NCBI GenBank assembly: GCA_902557575.1
Contig: CACEAR010000001.1
Location: 331,074 to 395,073, forward strand
Source: an uncultured SAR86 cluster bacterium
GTDB taxonomy: Bacteria; Pseudomonadota; Gammaproteobacteria; Magnimaribacterales; D2472
Length of the DNA: 64,000 bases
Reading direction: 5' to 3'
In this document: in pieces, positions 31,242 through 41,928 of the stretch
How positions within the stretch are numbered: position 1 is the first letter of the stretch
Layout of the letters: the number at the start of each line of letters is the position of its first letter
Position numbers and translations under genes: made by a program
Notes under the pieces: model-generated
Told to the model about the DNA's origin: nothing
The model's input: the letters and a program-made list of their open reading frames with translations, nothing else
The model's database searches: none

Positions 31242-32276
31242 ATGAAACATTTTTTTATTAACTTTCTCTTAAGTATTTTCTTTATTTTACCTAACTGGGC
31301 TCTAAAAGTACTAACACTTAGAAAAGAGATTACATACAAGAATGAGGTTTTTGATTATCAATCTATGATCTATATCTCGTTTATATCTTGGTTCATTACA
31401 AAGTTTGGATTAGCTTTAGATATGGCTGATTTTTCAAATGACATGCGTGTAAAGATGTCTAATTTTCGAATGAAAATTAATAACAACCATCTCCCTAAAA
31501 AGACAATTAATAAGGAAGATCATATTATCGATAAAAAGAATAATCTGGTTCTTAGACAATATTCACTTGAATCACAAATGTCTGATAAAGCAGTTTTATT
31601 TTTCCATGGCGGCGGTTATGCAATTTCTAATATAGATGTTTATAACCCAGTTGTATCTCTAATGTGCGAAGAGCTGGATTCTAATATTTTTTCATTAGAG
31701 TATAGCCTCTCTCCAGAAAATAAATTCCCAAAAGCTCTTGAAGAGGCCAACATAGCTTTTGATTGGTTAATTAATCATGGCTATAGAAAAGAGCAAATAA
31801 TTATTTGTGGAGATAGCGCTGGGGCTCACTTAGCTGCATCCTTATTGCATGACCTTAAAGCTAGAGATGAAGGACTACCTTTTTTGCAGGTCTTAATTTA
31901 TCCGATGGTGTCTCCATCATTAGATTTTCCTTCTCTAGAAAGGCTTGGTGAGAATTTCTTACTGACAAAGGAGCAGATGAAGTGGTTCTGGCATTATTTT
32001 AGGGCAGAAGAAGCAAATAACTTAGATTCAAGGTTTGATCTGCTGAAAATTGATAATAATAATAAATTTGATACCAAAACAGTTATAATTACCGCCGGTT
32101 TTGATCCACTATGCGATGAAGCAGAAGCATATGCAGCAAAATTGAATGACATGGGCAACAATGTAAAACAAATTCATTACCCAAGTTTGTTCCATGGCTT
32201 CATCAACATAACTAGATTAAAGACAGCTAAATTAGCAACAATAGATATTTTAAGAGAAATAAAAAGAAATATATGA
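31242..32276 (+). CDS. Alpha/beta hydrolase, HSL-family (family IV) esterase/lipase
   Basis: HGGG, GDSAG, DPL, HGF. Confidence 0.92.
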   Translation: MKHFFINFLLSIFFILPNWALKVLTLRKEITYKNEVFDYQSMIYISFISWFITKFGLALDMADFSNDMRVKMSNFRMKINNNHLPKKTINKEDHIIDKKNNLVLRQYSLESQMSDKAVLFFHGGGYAISNIDVYNPVVSLMCEELDSNIFSLEYSLSPENKFPKALEEANIAFDWLINHGYRKEQIIICGDSAGAHLAASLLHDLKARDEGLPFLQVLIYPMVSPSLDFPSLERLGENFLLTKEQMKWFWHYFRAEEANNLDSRFDLLKIDNNNKFDTKTVIITAGFDPLCDEAEAYAAKLNDMGNNVKQIHYPSLFHGFINITRLKTAKLATIDILREIKRNI

Positions 32277-33871
32277 GTAATTTATTAGAAGTAAAAAATC
32301 TCACCGTTGGATTTAAAGTAAGAGACTCTATTTTTACTGCTGTAGAAGATGCTTCTTTTGAAATAAATAAAAATGAGACTATGGCGCTGGTTGGAGAATC
32401 AGGATCAGGAAAGTCAGTCTCAGCGATGTCAATATTGCAACTTTTGCCTGAGGGTAAAACAATTTTTAGTAAGGACTCATCTATTAAATTTAATCATTCT
32501 GAAATATTGGAAATGTCTAACAGACAACTTCAATCAATTCGCGGTAAGAAAATATCTATGATTTTCCAGGAACCAATGACATCCCTTAACCCTTATCACA
32601 GAGTAGGCAATCAAATTACCGAATCCATTTTAAGTCATGAAGATGTTTCAAAAAAAGATGCAGAAAAAAAAGCAAAAGAGTTGATGGAGCTTGTTGAGAT
32701 TCCTGACCTAGAAAGAAGATATAAATCCTATCCTCATGAACTCTCTGGAGGGCAGCGTCAAAGAATAATGATTGCAATGTCACTTATAAATGAACCTGAG
32801 CTTTTAATTGCTGATGAACCAACAACAGCCCTGGACGTAACTATTCAAGCCCAAATTCTTGATTTAATGAATAGGCTTAAAGAGAAGCTTGGAATGTCAA
32901 TTTTATTTATAACTCATGATTTAGGATTAGTTGAGAAGTTTAGTGACAGGGTTTGCGTTATGAAAGAGGGAAAAATTGTTGAACAAGGCGTAACAACAGA
33001 AATTTTCTCTAATCCAAAACATGAATATACCGTCAAGCTATTAAAATCAGAGCCCAAAGAAAAAGATCATTTACTTGTTTCAGAGGATAATATTTTAGAT
33101 ATTTCAAACCTAAGTGTTTTTTACAAAATACCATCAAAAAAGCTATTTAAAACTGATAGATTTTGTGCGGTTTCTGATATTTCTTTAAAAATTCCAAGAA
33201 ATTCAACAGTTGGTGTGGTTGGAGAGTCAGGTTCTGGTAAATCAACACTAGGAAAAGCGATTATAAATCTTCTTGATTTTGAAGGATCAATTAAATTTAA
33301 TGGTAAATCAATTAAAGATCTCAGCTCAGTTGAAAAGAAATTATTAAAAAAAGACATTCAAATAGTTTTTCAAGATCCATATGGGTCCCTGTCGCCAAGA
33401 ATGACAGTTGGCGAAATCATAGGAGAAGGCTTGGATATACATTTTGATTTTTCCAGTGAAGAGAAGATAGAAAAAATATCAAATGTAATGAAAGATGTTG
33501 GATTAGATGATAGCCTCATTTTTAAGTATCCACATGAATTCTCAGGTGGCCAAAGACAAAGAATCGCAATTGCTAGATCAATAATCTTAAACCCGAAATT
33601 CATGATCCTTGATGAGCCAACTTCAGCGCTTGATAGATCTATTCAGATTCAAGTAATAGATGTTTTAAAAAGATTGCAAGACAAATATAAATTAACATAT
33701 TTATTTATTAGCCATGATCTCAAAGTAATAAGATCTATGTGTGATCAGATTTTTGTTATGAGTGAGGGAAAGCTAGTAGAGTTTGGTAAGGCTGATGAGG
33801 TTTTTGAAAATCCTCAACAGGAATATACTCAAAAACTTTTAAGAGCAGCACTCAAATATTCATCAAATTAA
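32273..33871 (+). CDS. Peptide ABC transporter ATP-binding protein with two fused ATPase domains (YejF-like)
   Basis: Two GESGSGKS Walker A motifs, [16 protein letters not shown]. Confidence 0.9.
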   Translation: MSNLLEVKNLTVGFKVRDSIFTAVEDASFEINKNETMALVGESGSGKSVSAMSILQLLPEGKTIFSKDSSIKFNHSEILEMSNRQLQSIRGKKISMIFQEPMTSLNPYHRVGNQITESILSHEDVSKKDAEKKAKELMELVEIPDLERRYKSYPHELSGGQRQRIMIAMSLINEPELLIADEPTTALDVTIQAQILDLMNRLKEKLGMSILFITHDLGLVEKFSDRVCVMKEGKIVEQGVTTEIFSNPKHEYTVKLLKSEPKEKDHLLVSEDNILDISNLSVFYKIPSKKLFKTDRFCAVSDISLKIPRNSTVGVVGESGSGKSTLGKAIINLLDFEGSIKFNGKSIKDLSSVEKKLLKKDIQIVFQDPYGSLSPRMTVGEIIGEGLDIHFDFSSEEKIEKISNVMKDVGLDDSLIFKYPHEFSGGQRQRIAIARSIILNPKFMILDEPTSALDRSIQIQVIDVLKRLQDKYKLTYLFISHDLKVIRSMCDQIFVMSEGKLVEFGKADEVFENPQQEYTQKLLRAALKYSSN

Positions 33872-33872
33872 G

Positions 33873-35534
33873 ATGACAAATAGGAAGTATTCAAAAATAT
33901 TGCATGACGGCCCTCAGCAGGCAGCATCAAGATCAATGTTACGAGGAGCAGGTTTCACGGATGAGGATTTTGAGAAATCCATTGTTGGGATTGCTTCGCT
34001 AGGAGCAAGTGTAACTCCATGCAATATGCATCTAAACTCTCTTGCAGAAATTGTTGAAGATTCAGTCAATAATTCAGGATGTAAGGCTGTAACATTTAAC
34101 ACAATTACTGTCTCTGATGGAATTTCTATGGGTACGGAGGGCATGAAATATTCCCTCGTTTCAAGAGAAGTCATAGCTGACTCTATAGAAACTGTTGTAG
34201 GTTGTTTGGGCTATGATGGAGTAGTAGGTATTGGGGGCTGCGATAAAAATATGCCAGGTGTAATCATTGGTTTGGCAAGACTTAATAGACCATCTTTATT
34301 TATTTATGGTGGCTCTATTAGACCTAGCGAGCAAAATACTGATTATGTGACAGTCTGTGAAAAAACTGGAGAGTTCTCAAAAGGCTCAATCTCTGAAGAG
34401 GAATTAATCTCTGTTGAAAAGGTTTCAGTTGTTGGGCCTGGATCGTGCGGAGGTATGTATACAGCTAATACGATGGCGTCTGCAATTGAAGCTCTAGGAA
34501 TGTCTCTTCCTGGAAGTAGCAGTCAGGATGCAGTTTCTGATGATAAGAAGAATGATTGTATAAATACAGGGAGTGCAATTAGGAATCTTCTTGAAAAAGA
34601 TATTAAACCTTCTGACATTATGACAAAGGAGGCATTCGAAAATGCAATCACGGTAGTTATTGCACTTGGAGGATCAACGAATGCAGTACTTCATCTTATT
34701 GCGATGGCGCATGCTATAAATGTTGATTTAGATTTAGATGACTTTACAAGAATAGGTAAAAGAGTTCCTGTTGTAGCTGACATTAAACCATTTGGTGAAA
34801 ATTATATGTCCTCACTAAATGAAGTTGGTGGCATTCAGCCACTAATGAAAATGTTACTTGATGCAGACTTACTTCATGGCGACTGTTTAACTGTTTCAGG
34901 AAAAACTATTTCAGAAAATCTTTCAGAAGTTGATCCATATCCGAAAAATCAGACAATTATTAGAGAAATATCTAATCCAATTAAAAGTAGTAGCCATTTG
35001 CGCATTCTATATGGCAATTTGGCTCCTGAAGGAGCAGTAGCTAAGATTACAGGAAATGAAGGGCTAAAATTCACCGGCACGGCTAAAGTTTTTGACTCTG
35101 AAGAAGAAGGAAATGAGGCAATTCAAAATAACCTTATTAATGAGGGAGATGTGGTTGTTATTAGATATGAGGGACCAAAAGGAGGCCCCGGCATGAGAGA
35201 AATGTTAAAACCTACCTCTGCAATAATGGGACAGGGCTTGGGCGATAAGGTCGCATTTATTACTGATGGAAGATTTTCTGGCGGAACCCATGGCTTTGTT
35301 GTTGGGCATATCTCTCCAGAAGCATATGTTGGCGGACCCATCGGAGTCATTGAAAATGACGACAAAATAACAATTGATGCTGAGACAAACTCAATTTCTA
35401 TCGATATATCTGATGAGGAGCTTCAAAAAAGATTAGATAACTTTAAACCAAATAAAGAGCTTCCTAAAAAAGGTGTCTTATCAAAATACTCAAAAAGTGT
35501 ACAATCTGCATCCCTAGGAGCTATTACTGATTAA
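33873..35534 (+). CDS. ilvD: Dihydroxy-acid dehydratase
   Basis: [33 protein letters not shown]. Confidence 0.97.
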   Translation: MTNRKYSKILHDGPQQAASRSMLRGAGFTDEDFEKSIVGIASLGASVTPCNMHLNSLAEIVEDSVNNSGCKAVTFNTITVSDGISMGTEGMKYSLVSREVIADSIETVVGCLGYDGVVGIGGCDKNMPGVIIGLARLNRPSLFIYGGSIRPSEQNTDYVTVCEKTGEFSKGSISEEELISVEKVSVVGPGSCGGMYTANTMASAIEALGMSLPGSSSQDAVSDDKKNDCINTGSAIRNLLEKDIKPSDIMTKEAFENAITVVIALGGSTNAVLHLIAMAHAINVDLDLDDFTRIGKRVPVVADIKPFGENYMSSLNEVGGIQPLMKMLLDADLLHGDCLTVSGKTISENLSEVDPYPKNQTIIREISNPIKSSSHLRILYGNLAPEGAVAKITGNEGLKFTGTAKVFDSEEEGNEAIQNNLINEGDVVVIRYEGPKGGPGMREMLKPTSAIMGQGLGDKVAFITDGRFSGGTHGFVVGHISPEAYVGGPIGVIENDDKITIDAETNSISIDISDEELQKRLDNFKPNKELPKKGVLSKYSKSVQSASLGAITD

Positions 35535-35537
35535 TTT

Positions 35538-36530
35538 ATGATTTCAAGGAAATATCCATCAACTAGATTAAGAAGATTAAGGCAGTCAGAATCCATAATT
35601 GATTTGACCAGCGAATGTGCGGTGACTAAAAATGATCTAATCCAACCTGTATTTGTAAAAGAAGGTTTAAGTGATAAAGAGCCTATAGAATCAATGCCTG
35701 GTATCTTTAGATTTGGTGAAGATTCTGTTTTAAAGGAGATTGAAGAAATTAACCAACTGGGAATAAGAGCAATAGCTATATTTCCTGTTATAGATCCTTC
35801 AAAAAAAGACTCCAAAGGCACCGAAGCTATAAAAAGAGATAATTTTATTTCAAGAGTATTAGGTTCTATAAAATCTAAATTTCCTGAGATGTTAGTCATT
35901 GCTGATGTTGCCTTAGATCCTTATACAGATCATGGTCATGATGGAATTTTGGAGAATGATGAGATCTTAAATGATCAAACACTAGATGTTCTCGCAGAGC
36001 AATCTCTTGTTCTAGCAGAAGCTGGTGCAGATATTATTGCTCCTTCAGACATGATGGATGGCCGCATCGGAGTTATTAGAAAAAAATTAGATGAAAATAA
36101 CTTTGAAGACAAAATAATTTTGTCATATGCGGCAAAATATAATTCAAAATTCTATGGACCCTTCAGAGATGCTGTTAATTCTAAAAATAATCTAGGTACT
36201 TCTGATAAATCTTCTTATCAGATGAATCCTGCAAATTCACTTGAAGCCCTTAACGAGGTTGCTATGGATATTGAAGAGGGTGCTGATATCGTAATGGTAA
36301 AACCAGGTATGCCTTATTTAGATATTATTTCTAAAATTAAAGAAGAATTTAAGGTTCCAACTTTTGCATATCAAGTAAGCGGAGAGTATGCAATGATAAT
36401 GGAATCAGTTAATAAAGGATGGCTTGATAAAGGTGTTATAATAGAATCTTTAACAAGCTTCAAAAGAGCTGGTGCAGATGCAGTTCTTACATATTTCGCT
36501 AAAGATTTAATAAAGGAATTTAATTTATGA
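35538..36530 (+). CDS. hemB: Porphobilinogen synthase (Asp-rich, Zn-independent type)
   Basis: RLRRLR, DVALDPYTDHGHDG, SDMMDGR, YGPFRDA, MVKPG. Confidence 0.98.
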   Translation: MISRKYPSTRLRRLRQSESIIDLTSECAVTKNDLIQPVFVKEGLSDKEPIESMPGIFRFGEDSVLKEIEEINQLGIRAIAIFPVIDPSKKDSKGTEAIKRDNFISRVLGSIKSKFPEMLVIADVALDPYTDHGHDGILENDEILNDQTLDVLAEQSLVLAEAGADIIAPSDMMDGRIGVIRKKLDENNFEDKIILSYAAKYNSKFYGPFRDAVNSKNNLGTSDKSSYQMNPANSLEALNEVAMDIEEGADIVMVKPGMPYLDIISKIKEEFKVPTFAYQVSGEYAMIMESVNKGWLDKGVIIESLTSFKRAGADAVLTYFAKDLIKEFNL

Positions 36531-36850
36531 GTAATGTAAAAGAAGTAACAACAGAAACATTTGAAAAAGAAGTTTTAAGTTCAGATGTTCCAGTATTAGT
36601 AGATTTTTGGGCTGAATGGTGTGGTCCATGCAAGCAATTGGCTCCAAGAGTAGAAGAGGCAGCGCAACAATACGGCGAGCAAATAAAGGTTTGCAAAGTT
36701 GATATTGAAGAGCATAGAGATCTTGCTGTTCAATATGGCATTAGATCTATTCCTTCCTTAATAATTTTTAAATCAGGTGAAGTTTCTGGAGTTCAAGTAG
36801 GAGCTCTAACCCAAGAACAATTAGGAGAATTTATAGATACAGAAATATAG
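36527..36850 (+). CDS. trxA: Thioredoxin
   Basis: WCGPC; upstream of rho. Confidence 0.98.
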   Translation: MSNVKEVTTETFEKEVLSSDVPVLVDFWAEWCGPCKQLAPRVEEAAQQYGEQIKVCKVDIEEHRDLAVQYGIRSIPSLIIFKSGEVSGVQVGALTQEQLGEFIDTEI

Positions 36851-36857
36851 GTTTTTT

Positions 36858-36886
36858 TTGCAAAATACTAAAAAAACTTATATTAT
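36858..36886 (+). promoter_or_regulatory. Putative sigma70 promoter of rho
   Basis: TTGCAA, 17-nt spacer, TATTAT. Confidence 0.55.
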
Positions 36887-36950
36887 CAACCCTTCTTAGA
36901 TATCTTTTTGATATCAATTCAAATTTTCAGAGGAATTTTCGATACAACTA

Positions 36951-38231
36951 ATGAACTTAAGTGAAGTAAAAACTAAAACGATTACCGAGCTTGTTGAGAT
37001 AGCTGAAGAGCTAGGCTTAGAAGATGTAGGCAGACTCAAAAAGCAAGATATCATTTTTCAAATTTTAAAAAAACAAGCAGATGATGGCATTGATATATTC
37101 GGTGGTGGAGTCCTAGAAATCTTAAACGATGGTTTTGGCTTTTTAAGGTCAGCAGAAGGCTCATATTGTGCTGGACCGGATGATATTTACATCTCACCAA
37201 GTCAAATAAGAAAGTTCAGTCTTCGAAAGGGAGATGAAATTCAGGGGAAAATAAGGCCTCCAAAGGATAAAGAAAAATATACTGCTCTCGTTCAGGTTGA
37301 AACAATTAATGGCGAGACTCCTGAAAACGCCAAAAAGAAAATACTATTTGAAAATCTAACCCCATTATTTCCTAATGAAAGATTAGTTCTTGAGCAAGGT
37401 AGTGGTTCTAATGAAGATTTATCTGCAAGAATAATAGATTTAATAGCTCCTGTTGGTAAAGGACAGAGAGGTTTAATAGTTTCACCTCCAAAAGCTGGTA
37501 AGACACTGATGCTACAAAGCATTGCGCATTCAATTACTAGCAACAATCCTGAAACCAAGCTGATAGTACTTTTAATAGATGAAAGACCTGAAGAAGTTAC
37601 TGAGATGACAAGAACTGTAAGGGGTCAAGTAATTGCAAGTACTTTTGATGAGCCGCCTTCAAGACATGTTCAAGTGGCTGATATGGTTATTGAAAAAGCA
37701 AAAAGATTAGTTGAGCATAAGCAGGATGTTGTAATTCTTCTTGATTCTATTACTCGACTTGGAAGAGCTTATAATTCTGTTCAGCCTGCCTCAGGAAAAA
37801 TTTTGAGTGGTGGTGTTGATTCAAATGCTCTTGAAAGACCAAAAAGATTCTTTGGTGCTGCAAGAAATTTAGAAGAAGGCGGAAGTTTAACAATTTTAGC
37901 TACAGCCTTGGTAGATACAGGTTCTAAAATGGATGAAGTTATCTATGAGGAATTTAAAGGCACGGGAAATATGGAAATCCATCTTGAAAGAAAGATTGCT
38001 GAAAAGAGAATTTATCCTGCTATCAATGTAAGAAGATCTGGAACAAGAAGAGAAGATCTCCTAACTTCTGAAGAAGAGTTAAGGCTTATGTGGGCTGTTA
38101 GAAAAGTAACAGATCCTATGGAAGACTCTCAAGGAATAGAATTTTTAATTGATAGATTAAAATCATTTAAAACCAACTCTGAGTTCTTTGATTCTATGAA
38201 AAATGGAAATGGAAAAAAGAAATCTAAGTAA
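36951..38231 (+). CDS. rho: Transcription termination factor Rho
   Basis: [43 protein letters not shown]. Confidence 0.99.
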   Translation: MNLSEVKTKTITELVEIAEELGLEDVGRLKKQDIIFQILKKQADDGIDIFGGGVLEILNDGFGFLRSAEGSYCAGPDDIYISPSQIRKFSLRKGDEIQGKIRPPKDKEKYTALVQVETINGETPENAKKKILFENLTPLFPNERLVLEQGSGSNEDLSARIIDLIAPVGKGQRGLIVSPPKAGKTLMLQSIAHSITSNNPETKLIVLLIDERPEEVTEMTRTVRGQVIASTFDEPPSRHVQVADMVIEKAKRLVEHKQDVVILLDSITRLGRAYNSVQPASGKILSGGVDSNALERPKRFFGAARNLEEGGSLTILATALVDTGSKMDEVIYEEFKGTGNMEIHLERKIAEKRIYPAINVRRSGTRREDLLTSEEELRLMWAVRKVTDPMEDSQGIEFLIDRLKSFKTNSEFFDSMKNGNGKKKSK

Positions 38232-38877
38232 GATTTAATATTTCAGACTCGAAGTTATCAGCAAAATAATCCAGCTGGGAGTTCTCAAAGCCCAGAGAGT
38301 CGACATAATCCTTAATCCTTGATGAGATAGTTACAAATTTACTATTTATATCTGGATTGTAGATTTCTTGGAAATATATCTCAGCGGCCAGTCTGCTTGG
38401 AAAGATTACAAAATCTGCATTATCAAAGTCTTTACTTAGATCGAAATAAGATGAAAATCTCACTCGTTGATAATTCTGAATAGTGTCAACTTCAGCTCCC
38501 TCAGCTTCAAGATAATCAGAAATAATATTTAAGCCGCCTTGACCCTTAACAATTAAGAACTTCCCGGAACCAATACTATTCTTAATTAGTTTTTTTAGAC
38601 CCTCAGATCCCGGATCTTCAGGTATTTTTGAGGAAATCCCTTTTGTACCCAAAGAGGATTGTGTTCCTGGCCCCATTGCAAAGACATTTTTATCTATTAA
38701 ATCCTTGTGATTATTAAAAAACTCAACAGAAGGCGTGCTTTGGAATATAACATCAGTATAGCCAGAAATATCTATTGAGTGATCTAAAAAAGAAAGCTCA
38801 AAAAGAGGAATATTTTTTATATTTTTTCTTTTAACAAAATTAAAAGTATTCCTTGCTCTTGTATCAACTATGTTCAT
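38224..38877 (-). CDS. hemD: Uroporphyrinogen-III synthase (divergent, short)
   Basis: Follows hemC; [22 protein letters not shown] motifs. Confidence 0.8.
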   Translation of the reverse strand: MNIVDTRARNTFNFVKRKNIKNIPLFELSFLDHSIDISGYTDVIFQSTPSVEFFNNHKDLIDKNVFAMGPGTQSSLGTKGISSKIPEDPGSEGLKKLIKNSIGSGKFLIVKGQGGLNIISDYLEAEGAEVDTIQNYQRVRFSSYFDLSKDFDNADFVIFPSRLAAEIYFQEIYNPDINSKFVTISSRIKDYVDSLGFENSQLDYFADNFESEILNLT

Positions 38878-39733
38878 TCAGCAACCTTAAACCATCTAAC
38901 TCCTTAAAGCGTATAAAGGCCTCCTCTGCATTAAGTGCAGAGAACTTAATATATTCATTCTTACCATACACCTCTGCTTGCAAAACTTCATCCTTATAAT
39001 CTACTGCAACTGCTGAATTGCAGTCTGCATTAATAAGATTAAGAAAATTATTACACTCATCAATCTTTCTTTTCATTTCATCATCACTGAAGGGCTCTAA
39101 TAGGTTAAGGATTTCCTCTCTATTGTTATTAAAGCGTAAACAGATTGATCCTTGAGAAATATTTGTAAGGTGATCAAGCTCTGAATAATTTAGATCAAGC
39201 TCAAGCCTCTCACATCCAGCTTTTGCAAGAATAATGCAATCATATTCACCATCATTTAATTTCTTTACTCGAGTATCAACATTCCCATTAAGATTAACTA
39301 TTTCTGTAGCTTCTAAGAAGAATTTAGATTGCAACTTACGCCTTAAGCTTGAAGTGCCTATTTTCATATTTTTTTCAAATACTGGGTCTTCATTCTTTCT
39401 GAATATGAGGATGTCATTTCGGGAGTTATATTTTTTATCTTTTTGGGCTAAGTCATTAGATATATATATTTCATCAAGATCAGAAAGATTTGAGACAGCT
39501 GGCATATCTTTTGCAGAATGAATAGCGATATCTATTTTTCTGTCCACAAGCAGATCATCTATATCCTCAACAAAGTTTTTTTTATCAAACTGAACTTTAT
39601 TTTCTCTACTTCTCTTATCGCCAGCAGTGTCTACACCTACAATTTCAAAACTAGGTACTCCGATTCTATTCATGGCAATTTCTACCTGTTTTAAAGCAAG
39701 CTTTGAAGTTCTTGATCCAATTTTGATTGTCAT
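38864..39733 (-). CDS. hemC: Hydroxymethylbilane synthase (divergent)
   Basis: GSRTSKLALKQ, AIHSAKDMP, GTSSLRR, GNVDTR, cofactor Cys in NADCNS. Confidence 0.92.
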   Translation of the reverse strand: MTIKIGSRTSKLALKQVEIAMNRIGVPSFEIVGVDTAGDKRSRENKVQFDKKNFVEDIDDLLVDRKIDIAIHSAKDMPAVSNLSDLDEIYISNDLAQKDKKYNSRNDILIFRKNEDPVFEKNMKIGTSSLRRKLQSKFFLEATEIVNLNGNVDTRVKKLNDGEYDCIILAKAGCERLELDLNYSELDHLTNISQGSICLRFNNNREEILNLLEPFSDDEMKRKIDECNNFLNLINADCNSAVAVDYKDEVLQAEVYGKNEYIKFSALNAEEAFIRFKELDGLRLLNEHS

Positions 39734-40281
39734 TTTTCTAATAAAAGTCCCTCAGCATCTCCAACGCTTTTCGATTTAAGTAACTTCAATGAATCGGGAA
39801 TATATATTTTATCAAAAGTACTTTTTTCAAAATATATTAATGTACCTTTTTTTATTTTTAGAGATTCTAGAGAAGCAAGAAGACCTTGAATTCTCTCATC
39901 AAAAAATGGTGGATCAAAGAATATTAAATCTAATTCTTCCAGACTTGCACTCTTTAACCACTCAAAAGCATTTTTGATTTCTATTTTGCATCTTTCAGAA
40001 ATATTTAGCCTTTCAAGATTTGCCTCAATACTTGCAGCAAACTTTGGTGTTTTTTCAATGAATGTAACTGATTTAGCTCCTCTTGAGATTGCCTCTATGC
40101 CAAGCGCTCCAGATCCAGAAAAACAGTCTGCACATTTAAGATCCTCTATCTCAAAATTCAACCAATTAAAAAGAATTTCTCTTAACTTATTTGATGTAGG
40201 CCTGAGTTTGGAGGAGGAGGGGAAAGAAATATGATTTCCTTTCAAAGCACCTCCAATTATTCTTATTTTAGAAGTTTTCAA
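39730..40281 (-). CDS. rsmD: 16S rRNA m2G966 methyltransferase
   Basis: IRIIGG, LRPT, LFNWL, FSGSGALGIEAISRGA, DPPF. Confidence 0.95.
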   Translation of the reverse strand: MKTSKIRIIGGALKGNHISFPSSSKLRPTSNKLREILFNWLNFEIEDLKCADCFSGSGALGIEAISRGAKSVTFIEKTPKFAASIEANLERLNISERCKIEIKNAFEWLKSASLEELDLIFFDPPFFDERIQGLLASLESLKIKKGTLIYFEKSTFDKIYIPDSLKLLKSKSVGDAEGLLLEK

Positions 40282-40877
40282 AATAAATCTTCTATAAATT
40301 GTCTAAGGTTATCTCTCGCTCTTTTAATAGATCTTACTGGAATTGGCATTTCGCTATCGGGCAGGGCTAGTGCAACATCCATTTTTTTTGAAATACTTGT
40401 TATTCCATGTAAAAAAGACCATATATGAACCGCTTTGTTAGACGCGCTGAGATCATTGAGACTTTTATCATGATCTTTTACTGACTCTAAAAGGGTCTGA
40501 AAAGCATTATCAGCAACCTCCAAGATATTTGGGAACTTTAGAAATTCAACCACTGATTGGCTAAAAAGAAGGTCATAAATATTCTTATTATCAAAGGCAA
40601 ACTCTAGATAATTATCGCACTTTTCAAAAATATCAGCGTCTTCACTTCCTTCTACGAATGTATTAAATTCAATAAAACCTTTTGCAACTACGTCAGCTAA
40701 TAGATGCTCCTTTGTTTTATAGTGTCTATAGATTGCTGTAGCTGAGACATTGCATTCATCAGCAATTCCTCTAAGGCTCATTGCTGCATATCCATTCACT
40801 AAAACAAAATTATAAGCAGCCCTAAGGATTTCATCCCTCAAATTACCATGATGATACTTATGATTTACTGAATTCAT
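40278..40877 (-). CDS. TetR/AcrR family transcriptional regulator (WHG-type C-terminus)
   Basis: YHHGNLR, HTH SLRGIADECNVSATAIYRHY, WSFLHG. Confidence 0.93.
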   Translation of the reverse strand: MNSVNHKYHHGNLRDEILRAAYNFVLVNGYAAMSLRGIADECNVSATAIYRHYKTKEHLLADVVAKGFIEFNTFVEGSEDADIFEKCDNYLEFAFDNKNIYDLLFSQSVVEFLKFPNILEVADNAFQTLLESVKDHDKSLNDLSASNKAVHIWSFLHGITSISKKMDVALALPDSEMPIPVRSIKRARDNLRQFIEDLF

Positions 40878-40880
40878 AAT

Positions 40881-40930
40881 GTTGACAGTGTTAACTTATA
40901 ATATATAATTCATGTTTACAACGTTAACAT
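40881..40930. promoter_or_regulatory. Two TetR-type palindromic operators overlapping a near-consensus sigma70 promoter of the RND operon
   Basis: GTTGACAGTGTTAAC (40881-40895) and GTTTACAACGTTAAC (40914-40928). TTGACA 40882-40887, 16-nt spacer, TATAAT 40904-40909. Confidence 0.75.
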
Positions 40931-40931
40931 T

Positions 40932-41924
40932 ATGACAATTTATAAGCATTTTTGCAAAACTCTCTTTTTGATAGGGATTTCCCTGTCTTTTTCACTATAT
41001 GCTGATCAGCAGCTTGAAGTGCTTGAAGTAAAAACTAGTCAATCATATGAAATCTCAAAAAACCTACCAGGCGAGCTTCTTCCTTTTCAGCAATCGAAGA
41101 TTGCCTTTGAAATTACTGGAAGAATATCTTCAATCTATGCAGATATTGGAGACAGAGTAAAAAAAGATGAGGTGCTGGCAAAGCTAGATGACAGCGAAGT
41201 TAATGCAAATCTTGAGCAGGCAGTTGCAAGATTAGATCTAGCTAATCAAGTTTTAAATAGATTCGAGGATTTAAGAAAAAAAGGTTTTATTTCAATTCAA
41301 GACTTTGATAAAGCTAAATCCGAATATTTAGTAGCAAAGTCTCAAGTAAAGTTTTTTGAAGTGAAAAAATCTCAAACTATTTTGAGAGCTCCTTATGATG
41401 GCTTTATTCAAAATAGATTTGTTGATGAAGGAACAGTAATAAATGGCAGTAACCCAATACTGGAAATACTTGATGCAAATAAGGTCGAGGCCCATGTTTC
41501 CATCCCTGAAAATCTCGTTACTAATCTTGAAGTATCGAATGATTATGTTTTTGAGATCGGTCAAGAAAAGGCAAAAGGTAAATTTAAAAGATTAGCACCA
41601 ATGTCAGCAAGCGGATCGAATAGCAGATTGGCAATCTTTGAGTTCAGTGATTTTTTCATTCCTGGATCAGTAATTGATTTGATTATAAAGATTAAAAAGA
41701 GTGAACAGGGGATGTGGCTTCCTATAAATTCATTATCACAATCTGAGCAAGGTCTTTGGTCGGTCTATACGGTATCAGATGATGGATCAAATAGGGTTGA
41801 AAAAGATCTTGTTCGCATTCTTCATTTTGAAAATAACTATGCTTATGTATCAGGTACCTTAAAGGATGGTGATTTAGTAATTCTTGGTGGTTTATCTAAG
41901 ATTATAGAAGGTCAAACTCTCTAG
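40932..41924 (+). CDS. RND efflux periplasmic adaptor (membrane fusion protein)
   Basis: FEITGRI..I..DIGDRVKKDEVLAKLD, alpha-hairpin, LRAPYDG lipoyl halves. Confidence 0.92.
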   Translation: MTIYKHFCKTLFLIGISLSFSLYADQQLEVLEVKTSQSYEISKNLPGELLPFQQSKIAFEITGRISSIYADIGDRVKKDEVLAKLDDSEVNANLEQAVARLDLANQVLNRFEDLRKKGFISIQDFDKAKSEYLVAKSQVKFFEVKKSQTILRAPYDGFIQNRFVDEGTVINGSNPILEILDANKVEAHVSIPENLVTNLEVSNDYVFEIGQEKAKGKFKRLAPMSASGSNSRLAIFEFSDFFIPGSVIDLIIKIKKSEQGMWLPINSLSQSEQGLWSVYTVSDDGSNRVEKDLVRILHFENNYAYVSGTLKDGDLVILGGLSKIIEGQTL

Positions 41925-41928
41925 AAAT

